Source: Minisyncoccota bacterium | GTDB lineage: Bacteria; Patescibacteriota; Minisyncoccia; Phycocordibacterales; UBA2100 | Direction of reading: 5' to 3' | Assembly: GCA_035708165.1 (NCBI GenBank) | Contig: DASSSZ010000003.1 | Location: 23,954-87,953, forward strand | DNA: 64,000 bases | Shown: positions 1 to 8,634 of the stretch, piece by piece | Position numbering within the stretch: position 1 is the stretch's first letter | Layout of the letters: each line of letters opens with the position of its first letter | The notes under the pieces: generated by a model | Database searches by the model: none | What the model was told of the DNA's origin: nothing | The model's input: only the letters and a program-made list of their open reading frames with translations | Translations under genes and position numbers: made by a program

Positions 1-96
1 AAACACTGCCGAGCAGCGGGTTGTACTAGTGGGGCGAGGGAATCGAGCGATTGAGTGGCCCCTCGGATGCTTAGCAGTAATCGATTCCACAGCGTT

Positions 97-816
97 ATGA
101 AATTACCACACGCGATCCCGCGGACCCTCTTTTCGGCCGGCATGGCCGTGGTTGCGGGGACAACGCTCGTCGGCGTCGCCAATGCGGCGACCCAGCTCTC
201 GCCTTCGAGCGTCGCACCGTCGGCATTCCATCAGGGGATGCGGGCGGGCAAGGGCGGATTCGGCACCGGGATCTTCGGGACGGTGCAGTCGGTGAACGGC
301 ACGACCATCATCGTCGCAGGGAAGGACGGCACGACGTATACGGTTGATGCCAGCGCGGCGACGGTCACCGCCTTCGATGCTGGCACGAAGCGCATGACCG
401 AGAGCACGCCAGGCTCGATCGCAGCCGGCGATATGGTCGCCGTGATGGGCACCGTCTCCGGTACGAGCGTCACGGCGAGCCGGATCATGGACGGCATGCC
501 GCCCGCCGGCATGGGCATGGCGATGCGCGGCAGCTTCGATCCGGCGATCACCGGCACTGTCTCGGCGATCAGCGGCACGACGATCACGCTGACCGGCAGG
601 AACGGCGGCACGTTCACCGTGAACGCGGCTTCGACGACGATCCGTTCGTTCAGCGCGGGCGGGAACGCTCCAGCCGCCGCCAGCCTCAGCGACATCGCGA
701 TCGGGGATACGATCAGCGTGCGCGGCCCGATCACGGAAGCATCGCTCACCGCTGACCGGCTCACGATCGGCACGCCATCGCGCGGCAACGGCGCGACGCC
801 GCCTGCCGGACGCTGA
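97..816 (+). CDS. secreted repeat protein (DUF5666-like beta-strand repeats), signal peptide
   Basis: ATG at 97 inside ORF 55..816. N-terminal hydrophobic signal MKLPHAIPRTLFSAGMAVVAG. Repeated G-T-V/T-x-T motifs typical of DUF5666. Confidence 0.55.
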   Translation: MKLPHAIPRTLFSAGMAVVAGTTLVGVANAATQLSPSSVAPSAFHQGMRAGKGGFGTGIFGTVQSVNGTTIIVAGKDGTTYTVDASAATVTAFDAGTKRMTESTPGSIAAGDMVAVMGTVSGTSVTASRIMDGMPPAGMGMAMRGSFDPAITGTVSAISGTTITLTGRNGGTFTVNAASTTIRSFSAGGNAPAAASLSDIAIGDTISVRGPITEASLTADRLTIGTPSRGNGATPPAGR

Positions 817-916
817 TGCCGGCGCGAGCCTCTTCGCGCATGAGCGGCAAGCCTCGCGAGCGCGAGGCTTGCGCGTATCGCGGAGGCGCTGAGAGCGGTA
901 TGATGCCAGGGCAGGT

Positions 917-1483
917 ATGACTGACGCACGGACGGACGAGGAGATCGCGCAGGCGGTGCAGGCAGGCGAGTCCGAGCTGTTCGGCGTCCTGATCGACCGG
1001 TTCGCGCCGAAGCTGCGGCGGTACGGGCAGCGCTTCCTCTCGATGCAGGAGGATGTCGAGGACGTCGTGCAGGACGCGTTCATCAAGGCATATCAGAACA
1101 TCCGCCGCTATGACCCGAAGCAGCCGTTCTCGCCCTGGATGTACCGCATCGCGCACAATACGTTCGTGAATGCCCTGCGCGCGAAGGCGCGGCGGCCCGT
1201 CCTGGTGTTCGATTTCGATACGCTGGTGTCGTTCAGCATGGCGCAGGAGGAAGCCGACGAGGGCGCGAAGCGCCGCGAGATGCGCGAGCTGATCGAGCGG
1301 GGATTGGGCGCGCTCAGTCCCAAGTACCGCGAAGTGCTCATCCTGTACTATCTCGAGGAGCAGAGCTATCAGGACATCGCGGACATCCTCCAGGTGCCGG
1401 TCGGCACGGTCGGCGTGCGCTTGCGGCGGGCGAAAGAGGCGCTCCTGCGGGCCTATGCGGATTCGGGGATAGATGCGATATAA
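917..1483 (+). CDS. ECF-type RNA polymerase sigma-70 factor
   Basis: Region 2 (DVVQDAFIKAYQNIRRYD) and region 4 (YREVLILYYLEEQSYQDIADILQVPVGTVGVRLRRAKEAL) motifs. Confidence 0.85.
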   Translation: MTDARTDEEIAQAVQAGESELFGVLIDRFAPKLRRYGQRFLSMQEDVEDVVQDAFIKAYQNIRRYDPKQPFSPWMYRIAHNTFVNALRAKARRPVLVFDFDTLVSFSMAQEEADEGAKRREMRELIERGLGALSPKYREVLILYYLEEQSYQDIADILQVPVGTVGVRLRRAKEALLRAYADSGIDAI

Positions 1484-1487
1484 GGAT

Positions 1488-2261
1488 ATGACCATGCAAG
1501 AGAACACGGACAGGCACGAGGATGCTGCGCAGCCGGCGGGCTCGACGCGCGAGCGCGTGCTCGCGAAGATCAGGACCGGGAAGGTGAAGGCGCAATCGCG
1601 CGCGCATATCGCGCTCTCGATCGCGGCCCTCATCATCACGGCGCTCGCGATCCTCGCCGTCTCGGCGCTCCTCATCAACTACATCGCCTTCGGGCTGCGC
1701 GTGACGCAGCGCGATGCCCTGCTCGGCTTCGGGCCGCGCGGGATCAGCGCGTTCCTCCGGCTCTTCCCGTGGCCGCTCGTGATCCTCGACCTCCTCCTCG
1801 TCGGGGTGGGCGAGTGGCTGCTCCGCTCGTTCAAGTTCGGCTACCGGATCCCGGTCCTGTACCTCTCGATCGGCATCCTCATCGTCGTCGCTGCGCTCGG
1901 CGTCTCGCTCGATCGCGCGACCCCGCTCAACGAGACACTCATGATGCAAGCGGACCGCCATGCGCTGCCGCAGCCGGTCGGCGCCGTGATCGAGCGGCTG
2001 CGCGCAGCGGATCGGCCGGCGCAGGGCGTGTGCCGCTGCGTCGCGCTCAGCGTAGGGACGACGACTATCACCGCGTACGATAGCGCCATGGGGACGACGA
2101 GCACCTACACGATCGTGCTCCCGCGTGACTCCCGCGCGACCACGAGCGTCCGCGCGGGCGACGTGCTCTTCGTCGCGGGCGACACTGACGATCAGGTATT
2201 CCGCGCCTACGGCATCCGCGTGATCCCGCGCGCACAGACGATCATCGAACCCCTGCGCTAG
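1488..2261 (+). CDS. putative anti-sigma factor / membrane protein with C-terminal DUF5666-like segment
   Basis: Immediately follows the ECF sigma gene (start 1473 or 1488). Multiple TM helices. C-terminus GTTTITAYDSAMGTTSTYTIVL resembles the repeats of the 97..816 protein. Confidence 0.55.
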   Translation: MTMQENTDRHEDAAQPAGSTRERVLAKIRTGKVKAQSRAHIALSIAALIITALAILAVSALLINYIAFGLRVTQRDALLGFGPRGISAFLRLFPWPLVILDLLLVGVGEWLLRSFKFGYRIPVLYLSIGILIVVAALGVSLDRATPLNETLMMQADRHALPQPVGAVIERLRAADRPAQGVCRCVALSVGTTTITAYDSAMGTTSTYTIVLPRDSRATTSVRAGDVLFVAGDTDDQVFRAYGIRVIPRAQTIIEPLR

Positions 2262-2323
2262 CGCAGCCCTGCGCAGAGCGGCTATACTGATGCCATAGCA
2301 CTAATTCCCATGCGTACCCGCAT

Positions 2324-2803
2324 ATGATGGATTCGCTCACGCGCTTCAGCAGGTTCTGCTACCGGCCGGATCTCGGTCTCCTCCTTATCAGGCTCGTCAT
2401 CGGCGGCATCTTCATCCACCACGGCTGGATGAAGCTCATGAGCATTCCGGGCACGGAGCACATGATGACCATGCTCGGCATGCCGGGCTTCATGGCGTAT
2501 GCGATCATGACGGTCGAGCTCGTCGGCGGCATCCTGCTCGTCCTCGGCGTCGTCGCGCGCGCGGCAGGCGTGGCGACTGGCATCGCGATGATCGTCGCGC
2601 TCGCGCTCGCCGTGGTGCCGTCGCGCGGGATCGCGGGCGGCGAGCTCGAGCTTACGCTCATGGTGTGCAGCTTCGCGCTCGCGCTGATCGGCGCGGGCAA
2701 GTACCGCCTCCTGCATCTCTTCGAGCATGACGCGCACGCGCAGGCGCGCGCCGTCATCATCGCGGCGGAAGCGACCGACGTCGCAGGCGAGATCGCCGGC
2801 TAG
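2324..2803 (+). CDS. DoxX family membrane protein
   Basis: LLLIRLVIGGIFIHHGWMKL motif and four TM helices, typical of DoxX. Confidence 0.7.
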   Translation: MMDSLTRFSRFCYRPDLGLLLIRLVIGGIFIHHGWMKLMSIPGTEHMMTMLGMPGFMAYAIMTVELVGGILLVLGVVARAAGVATGIAMIVALALAVVPSRGIAGGELELTLMVCSFALALIGAGKYRLLHLFEHDAHAQARAVIIAAEATDVAGEIAG

Positions 2804-2936
2804 CGCACCCTCCCGTGATCGGCGCTCTGAGCGCGGCATGCACTCGCATGCCGCGCTCTTCGCATGCGCGCCGCACAGCTGCATGGCGCGCAGCCGCATC
2901 CTCGCGGCGGGCAGCAGGAGGTGCTATCGTGGAGGC

Positions 2937-3275
2937 ATGTTCAGGACCAAGGCACAGCAGCGCGCGCACTGCGGCACCTGCCCGGTGGCGCGGGTCGCCG
3001 ACCTGGTCGGCGATTCGTGGTCCATCCTGATCCTGCGCGACCTTCTCGAAGGGCCGCGGCGCTTCGGGGATCTCGAGGAGTCGCTCCACGGGATCAGTTC
3101 CCGCACGCTCGCGAAGAAGCTGAAGTCGCTCGAGGAGCACAAGATGATCACGCGCACCGAGCACCGGGAGAAGCCGCCGCGCGTGGAGTACGAGCTCACG
3201 GACGCGGGGCACGCCTTCCATTCGATCATCGACGCGATGCGCGCGTTCGGGAGCCAGTACCTGCCGGCCGCTTAG
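2937..3275 (+). CDS. HxlR-family transcriptional regulator
   Basis: ATG at 2937 preceded by GGAGG. CGTCPVARVADLVGDSWSILILRDLLEGPRRFGDLEESLHGISSRTLAKKLKSLEE winged-helix HxlR signature. Rest of ORF 2727..3275 is upstream read-through. Confidence 0.85.
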   Translation: MFRTKAQQRAHCGTCPVARVADLVGDSWSILILRDLLEGPRRFGDLEESLHGISSRTLAKKLKSLEEHKMITRTEHREKPPRVEYELTDAGHAFHSIIDAMRAFGSQYLPAA

Positions 3276-4033
3276 GCCGTGAGCGCGCGGATGAGCGCGA
3301 GCGTCTCGCTCGGGTTCGCCACGGGCTGGCAGCGCGCCTCGGTGCGCGTCGCTGGGAAATCGTTGCCGCCTTCCGCAAGCTCGTCGCCCACGAAGAGCGC
3401 GTCGCGCTCGGGGATCCCGAGGTGCTGCGCGAGCTGCGTGATGCCGTAGGCCTTATCGATGCCGTCGGCGACCACGTCGATCGTGGTCGAGCCGCCGAAG
3501 GACGCGACGTACCCGGCCGGCAGGAGCTTCTGCATCGCGTCCGCCAGCCGGCGGCGCTTCTCCTTGCTCGGATCCCAGAGGCGCTTCTCGTCCGGCGGCG
3601 CGTGCTGGCCGAGCGCGGAGAAGCTGACCTGCGCGCCGCGGAACTCGATGCGCTCGCCGTGTGCGGGCGATGCGAGGTCGATGATGCCGGTCTCCTCGGC
3701 GGCGGCGCGCATCGCGGACTCGATTCGAGCGACATCCGCTTCGGGGATCTCGTGCGCATATACCGCGCGCCATGCGCCGTTTCCGTACTCATAGAGCGCG
3801 CCGCCCGAGGTCGGCAGGAGCGAGAGGTTGGGCAGGCTGGCATCGGCGGGAAGCGTGCCAACGACCTGCGAGAGGAACTGCGAGAGCGCGCCGCCCGAGA
3901 TGATGCCGGCGCGCGTCACCGATAGCAGCTGGGCGAACGCCACGGCCATCTCGGCAGAGAGCGGCTGCTTGCTCTCGGCAAGCGTGCCATCGAGATCGAA
4001 GATGACGAGCGGCGGGAGGTTCGGCGTTTCCAT
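3272..4033 (-). CDS. HAD-superfamily hydrolase (IIB/Cof-like)
   Basis: METPNLPPLVIFDLDGTLAE (DxDGT motif I) and C-terminal GDELAEGGNDFP motif IV. Start codon checked at 4031-4033. Only the 3' 762 nt of giant ORF 3272..6127 is real. Confidence 0.8.
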   Translation of the reverse strand: METPNLPPLVIFDLDGTLAESKQPLSAEMAVAFAQLLSVTRAGIISGGALSQFLSQVVGTLPADASLPNLSLLPTSGGALYEYGNGAWRAVYAHEIPEADVARIESAMRAAAEETGIIDLASPAHGERIEFRGAQVSFSALGQHAPPDEKRLWDPSKEKRRRLADAMQKLLPAGYVASFGGSTTIDVVADGIDKAYGITQLAQHLGIPERDALFVGDELAEGGNDFPATRTEARCQPVANPSETLALIRALTA

Positions 4034-4108
4034 ACTGGGGAGTGTACCACTTTCGCGCGGGGCGCCGTGGTATGCTGCCACTGCTTTACTACGGAACGCT
4101 TTTTGGCT

Positions 4109-4651
4109 ATGACAGCAGACGAGAAGACGATGACCCTGCATGCGGCGACGATCGCGCCTGTCGCGGCGATGCTTACCAATCTCGCGGAGATCCTCGCGAA
4201 GGCGCAGGCCCACCTCGACGCGCACGGCGGCGCGGAAAGCGCGCTCCTCGGCGAGCGGCTCATCTATGACATGCTCCCGCTCGTGCGGCAGGTGCAGATC
4301 GCGTGCGACACCGCCAAGGAGCTCGCGGCGCGCCTTGCCGGGATCGAGAACCCGGCGTACGAGGACACGGAGGCGACGATGGACGAGCTCGCGGCGCGCA
4401 TCGGGAAGACCGCGGCGTTCCTCGCGGGCGTGACGCCCGAGATGGTGAACGGCCGGGAGGCCGAGGTGATCGAGGTGCCGCATGCGGAGGGCGCGCGTCT
4501 CGCCGCGGCTGACTACGCGATGCGCCATGCGCTGCCGAATTTCTACTTCCACGTCGTGACCGCGTACGCGATCCTGCGCGAGAACGGCATCCCGCTCGGC
4601 AAGCGCGATTATCTCGCTCACTTGCCGCTCATCGAAAATGCGGCATACTAA
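4109..4651 (+). CDS. DUF1993 family protein
   Basis: NFYFHVVTAYAILRENGIPLGKRDY motif characteristic of DUF1993. Start at ATG 4109 (MTADEK). Confidence 0.65.
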   Translation: MTADEKTMTLHAATIAPVAAMLTNLAEILAKAQAHLDAHGGAESALLGERLIYDMLPLVRQVQIACDTAKELAARLAGIENPAYEDTEATMDELAARIGKTAAFLAGVTPEMVNGREAEVIEVPHAEGARLAAADYAMRHALPNFYFHVVTAYAILRENGIPLGKRDYLAHLPLIENAAY

Positions 4652-4657
4652 TCCGAC

Positions 4658-5581
4658 ATGGCGGATGATGCGCTCATCATCGAAAGCCTGCGTAAGACGT
4701 ACGCAGGAGGCACCGAGGCGCTGAAGGGCATCTCGCTGACGGTCCCGAGGGGCGATTTCTTCGCGCTCCTCGGCCCGAACGGCGCGGGCAAGTCCACGCT
4801 GATCGGCATCGCGACCGGGCTCGTGACGAAGAGCGGCGGCCGGCTCGTCGTGGACGGCATCGATGCGGACGATGCGCCCGAGCGTGCCAGGCGGCACGTG
4901 GGCGTGGTGCCGCAGGGCCTCAATATCGACTGGTTCGGCAAGGTGCTCGATACGGTCGTGAACCAGGCCGGCTACTACGGCATCTCCCGCGCGCAGGCGC
5001 TGCCGCGCGCGAAGAAGCTCCTCACCGATCTCGGCCTCGGCGATAAGATGCACGTGACCGCGCGCGAGCTCTCCGGCGGCATGCAGCGGCGGCTCATGAT
5101 CGCACGCGCGCTCATCCACGAGCCGACCATCCTCTTCCTCGATGAGCCGACCGCAGGCGTGGACGTCGAGCTGCGACGCGGCATGTGGGAGTACCTGCGC
5201 ACGCTCACCAAGGACGGCGTGACCATCCTCCTCACCACGCACTACCTCGAGGAAGCCGAACAGCTCGCCGGCCACGTGGCGATCATCAACAAGGGGACGA
5301 TCATCGAGCAGGGCCGCATGGCGGAGGTCCTCGCGAAGCTCTCCACGGAAGACCTCATCCTCGAGGTCGAGGCGCCCGCCGTCGGGGGCGCGATCGCCGC
5401 GCTCGCGGGATTCCGCCCGCTCGCCGCAGAAGGCGGCGTGCAGATCACGCTCGACGGCTCGCGCAACGTCACGGATGCCGTGAAGGCGCTCGATGCGAAG
5501 GGCATCGCCGTGCGCACGGCGCGCAGCAAGTCGGGCCGGCTCGAGGAGCTCTTCCTGCGGCTCACGCAGGATACGAAGTAA
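4658..5581 (+). CDS. ABC transporter ATP-binding protein (ABC-2 type)
   Basis: Walker A GPNGAGKST, signature LSGGMQRRL, Walker B ILFLDEPTAGVD. Confidence 0.9.
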   Translation: MADDALIIESLRKTYAGGTEALKGISLTVPRGDFFALLGPNGAGKSTLIGIATGLVTKSGGRLVVDGIDADDAPERARRHVGVVPQGLNIDWFGKVLDTVVNQAGYYGISRAQALPRAKKLLTDLGLGDKMHVTARELSGGMQRRLMIARALIHEPTILFLDEPTAGVDVELRRGMWEYLRTLTKDGVTILLTTHYLEEAEQLAGHVAIINKGTIIEQGRMAEVLAKLSTEDLILEVEAPAVGGAIAALAGFRPLAAEGGVQITLDGSRNVTDAVKALDAKGIAVRTARSKSGRLEELFLRLTQDTK

Positions 5582-5585
5582 CGCT

Positions 5586-6362
5586 ATGGACGCGAAAGGA
5601 ATACTCATCTCGTGGTACACGGTCGTCCGCAAGGACGTGGTGCGCATGCTGCGCATCTGGCCGCAGACCTTCCTGCCGGCAGCCGTCACCTCGGCGCTCA
5701 ACTTCGTCATCTTCGGCGCATTCATCGGCAGCAGGGTGGGGGAGATAGAGGGCGTGCCGTACATCATGTTCATCGTCCCGGGCATCGTGATGCTCTCGGT
5801 CGTCATGAATGCGTACTCGAACGCGGCGTTCGCGATGTTCTCCTCGAAGTTCTTCAATCGCAACATCGACGAGCTCCTGGTCTCGCCGACGCCGCCATGG
5901 GTGATCGTCGCCGGCTTCGTCACGGGCGGCGTGATCCGCGGCGTCCTCACGGGCATCATCGTGCTTCTGGTCGCGCTCTTCTTCACGCATATCCTCATCC
6001 ACAACCTCTTCGTGATCCTCGCGTTCCTGATCCTCACGAGCATCCTCTTCTCGCTCGCCGGGCTCGCGAACGGCGTGTATGCCAAATCGATCGACGGAAT
6101 CAACATCGTCCCGACGTTCATCCTCACGCCGCTCGTCTATCTTGGCGGCATCTTCTACAGCACGCAGGCGCTTCCTGGTGTCTGGGCGGCCGTGACCAAG
6201 GCCGACCCGATCTTCTACGTCATCAACGGATTCCGCTGGGGCTTCCTCGGCACGGCGGATATCCCGCTCTGGGAATCCTTCCTGGTGCTGGGCGCGCTTG
6301 CAGCCGTCTTCTTCGGCCTCACGTGGTACCTGCTCTCCACGGGCCTCGGGCTCAAGCAGTAG
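5586..6362 (+). CDS. ABC-2 type transporter permease
   Basis: ATG at 5586 five nt after ATPase stop. Six TM helices. ABC-2 permease-like. Confidence 0.85.
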   Translation: MDAKGILISWYTVVRKDVVRMLRIWPQTFLPAAVTSALNFVIFGAFIGSRVGEIEGVPYIMFIVPGIVMLSVVMNAYSNAAFAMFSSKFFNRNIDELLVSPTPPWVIVAGFVTGGVIRGVLTGIIVLLVALFFTHILIHNLFVILAFLILTSILFSLAGLANGVYAKSIDGINIVPTFILTPLVYLGGIFYSTQALPGVWAAVTKADPIFYVINGFRWGFLGTADIPLWESFLVLGALAAVFFGLTWYLLSTGLGLKQ

Positions 6363-6370
6363 GCGCAGGC

Positions 6371-7141
6371 ATGACAGGGCATGCTATCCTGACCCTATAC
6401 GCTATGAGCTACGGGACGCTCATCCTCATCGGCATCGCGGCGACGGCGGTAACCGCGCTCGGCGGCTGGCTTGCATTGCGGCTGCGCGACCGGCTGCATC
6501 TCATCATCGGCTTCTCCGCCGGTGCCGTCCTCGGCGTCGCGTTCTTCGACCTGCTGCCCGAGGCATTCAGCCTCGCGGGCGGGCGGGATCCGGCTGCGAC
6601 AGGCGCGCTCCTGGGCTGCGGCTTCCTCATCTACCTGCTCGTGGACCGCATGCTCTCGATGCATGCCGGGCACGGGCATGGGGATCCTGATGAGGCGCAT
6701 GCAGGCGCGCATCGCGGCACGCTCGGCGCTGCGGCGCTCTCGATCCACAGCTTCCTCGACGGCCTCGCCATCGGCTTCTCCTTCCAGGTATCCGCCGCCG
6801 TCGGCGCGATCGTCACGATCGCGGTCCTCACGCATGACTTCTCCGACGGGATCAACACCGTGAATCTCTCGCTCATGGGTGGCAGCGAGCGGCGCGCGCG
6901 CTGGTGGCTGCTCGCTGATGCGCTCGCGCCGCTCCTCGGCATCGGCGCGACCTTCCTCGTGCGCGTGCAGGAAACCGCGCTCGGCATCCTGATCGCGCTC
7001 TTCTGCGGCTTCTTCCTGTATATCGGCGCGGCCGAGCTCGTGCCGGAGAGCCACCATCGGCACCCGCACCTCTGGACGACCGCCATGACCGTCTTGGGAA
7101 TGGCCGTCCTCTTCGCGGCCATCCGCCTCGCATCCGCCTAG
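6371..7141 (+). CDS. ZIP family metal (zinc) transporter
   Basis: HGHGDPDEAH His-rich loop, HSFLDGLAIG and HDFSDG motifs. Start ATG at 6371 inside ORF 5612..7141. Confidence 0.85.
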   Translation: MTGHAILTLYAMSYGTLILIGIAATAVTALGGWLALRLRDRLHLIIGFSAGAVLGVAFFDLLPEAFSLAGGRDPAATGALLGCGFLIYLLVDRMLSMHAGHGHGDPDEAHAGAHRGTLGAAALSIHSFLDGLAIGFSFQVSAAVGAIVTIAVLTHDFSDGINTVNLSLMGGSERRARWWLLADALAPLLGIGATFLVRVQETALGILIALFCGFFLYIGAAELVPESHHRHPHLWTTAMTVLGMAVLFAAIRLASA

Positions 7142-7183
7142 GGGCGATAGCGCGCGGCCATGGCTGCGGTATACTTGCAGCAT

Positions 7184-7651
7184 ATGAAACTATCACGCAC
7201 TGCGATCATCTTGCTCGTCATTATCGGGATCGTGCTCATCGGGGTCGCCATATTCGGCGCCTACCAGGCCTCCAAGGGGTCGATGAACTTGGCCCTCGCG
7301 CAGTGCCTGAAGCAGAAGGGCGTGACCTTCTACGGCGCGTTCTGGTGCCCGCACTGCGCGCAGCAGGAAGCCAATTTCGGCCTTACGCGCGACCAGCTCT
7401 CCTCGATCGGGCTCTACACGGAGTGTTCGACGCCGGACGGACAGGGCCAGACGCAGGTCTGCAAGGATGCCGGCATCGTGAGCTACCCCACGTGGCAGTT
7501 CCCGGACGGCACCCGCGTCGAAGGTGTCCAGGATCTCGCAGCGCTCGCGAGCAAGGCGGGCTGCCCGTTGCCGGCAGGCGCGTCCTCCGGCAGCGCCCCG
7601 GGCGAGGGCGGTGCGTCGAGCGTGCCGGCCTCCACGGCGACCTCGTCCTAG
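7184..7651 (+). CDS. membrane-anchored thioredoxin-like protein (CPHC active site)
   Basis: N-terminal TM anchor. FYGAFWCPHCAQQ thioredoxin-fold CxxC. Confidence 0.7.
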   Translation: MKLSRTAIILLVIIGIVLIGVAIFGAYQASKGSMNLALAQCLKQKGVTFYGAFWCPHCAQQEANFGLTRDQLSSIGLYTECSTPDGQGQTQVCKDAGIVSYPTWQFPDGTRVEGVQDLAALASKAGCPLPAGASSGSAPGEGGASSVPASTATSS

Positions 7652-7652
7652 C

Positions 7653-8207
7653 ATGAGTCCTGCCGCCGAGACCTTGAGCTTCATCCTCGCGCTCGGCGCG
7701 GTTCTCTTGGAGCTCGGCACGCTCGGCATCATCGCGCTTGCGATCATCGAGCGCGGCGGGGCAGGGAAGACGCGCGCAGGCGATGCCATCGCCGCGCTCG
7801 CGATGCCCGCCGCCTTCGTGCTCGCGCTCGTCTCGAGCGCCGTCACGCTCGTGTACTCGGAGCATTTCGGCATCGTGCCGTGCGGCCTCTGCTGGCTGCA
7901 GCGGGCATTCCTTTACCCGCAGGCGTTCATCGCAGGGGCTGCGCTCGTGCTGAAGGACCGCCGCATGGCACCTTGGTACCTCATCGTGCTCTCCATCCCC
8001 GGCGCGCTCATCGCGCTCTATCAGTACTACCTGCAGATGGGCGGCTCTGAGCTCATCAGCTGCCCGGCATCGGCCGGCGACTGCGCGCGCCGCTATATCT
8101 TCGAGCTCGGCTACGTCACATTCCCGATGCTCGCGCTCTCCGTCTTCGCATTCATCATCGCGCTCGTCGCGTTCGCGCGCCTGCGCCCCGCCTCCCATGC
8201 TGCTTAA
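7653..8207 (+). CDS. disulfide bond formation protein DsbB/BdbC-like
   Basis: VPCGLCWLQRAFLYP motif (BdbC-type CxxCW), second Cys pair CPASAGDC, four TM. Starts 2 nt after the thioredoxin-like gene. Confidence 0.7.
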   Translation: MSPAAETLSFILALGAVLLELGTLGIIALAIIERGGAGKTRAGDAIAALAMPAAFVLALVSSAVTLVYSEHFGIVPCGLCWLQRAFLYPQAFIAGAALVLKDRRMAPWYLIVLSIPGALIALYQYYLQMGGSELISCPASAGDCARRYIFELGYVTFPMLALSVFAFIIALVAFARLRPASHAA

Positions 8208-8535
8208 GCTCCTCCACTGGGCGCTCTCGACGGCGGCCATCCTGCTCACGGCCTACCTCGTACCGGGGGTGCAGACGACCGTGCTCGGCGCCGTGCTGCT
8301 CGCCCTGGTGCTCGGCATCATCAATGTCACCATCAAGCCGGTCATCACCATCATCACGCTCCCGCTGACGATCCTCACGCTGGGACTCTTCTCGATCGTC
8401 GTGAACGTGGCGCTCGTCATCATCGCTGCCGCCATCGTGCCGGGATTCGTGCTCGCGAACCTCTGGGTAGCGATCGTCTTCGCGCTCGTCCTGTGGATCA
8501 TCAATCATCTCTTCCACTTCGGCCTGCCGAAATAG
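8197..8535 (+). CDS. DUF360/phage-holin-4-like small membrane protein
   Basis: 112 aa, four TM, LLTAYLVPGVQ ... LTLGLFSIVVNVALV pattern. Confidence 0.6.
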   Translation: MLLKLLHWALSTAAILLTAYLVPGVQTTVLGAVLLALVLGIINVTIKPVITIITLPLTILTLGLFSIVVNVALVIIAAAIVPGFVLANLWVAIVFALVLWIINHLFHFGLPK

Positions 8536-8634
8536 GCGGCCGCGGGCGCCTGCCGATCGCCGTGCGCGCGGGCCGTCCCTCGCGCGGAAGATATGCACTC
8601 GCGCCTCAGGGCTCAATCCCTATAATGGGCCGTA

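Noticed and set aside
3272-6127. 951-aa minus-strand ORF spanning the HAD, DUF1993, ABC ATPase and permease region
   Set aside because: Only the 3' 762 nt (3272..4033) have protein homology (HAD hydrolase) and a verified ATG. The remainder is antisense to well-supported plus-strand genes (ABC transporter) and has Arg/Ala-rich composition typical of high-GC shadow ORFs.
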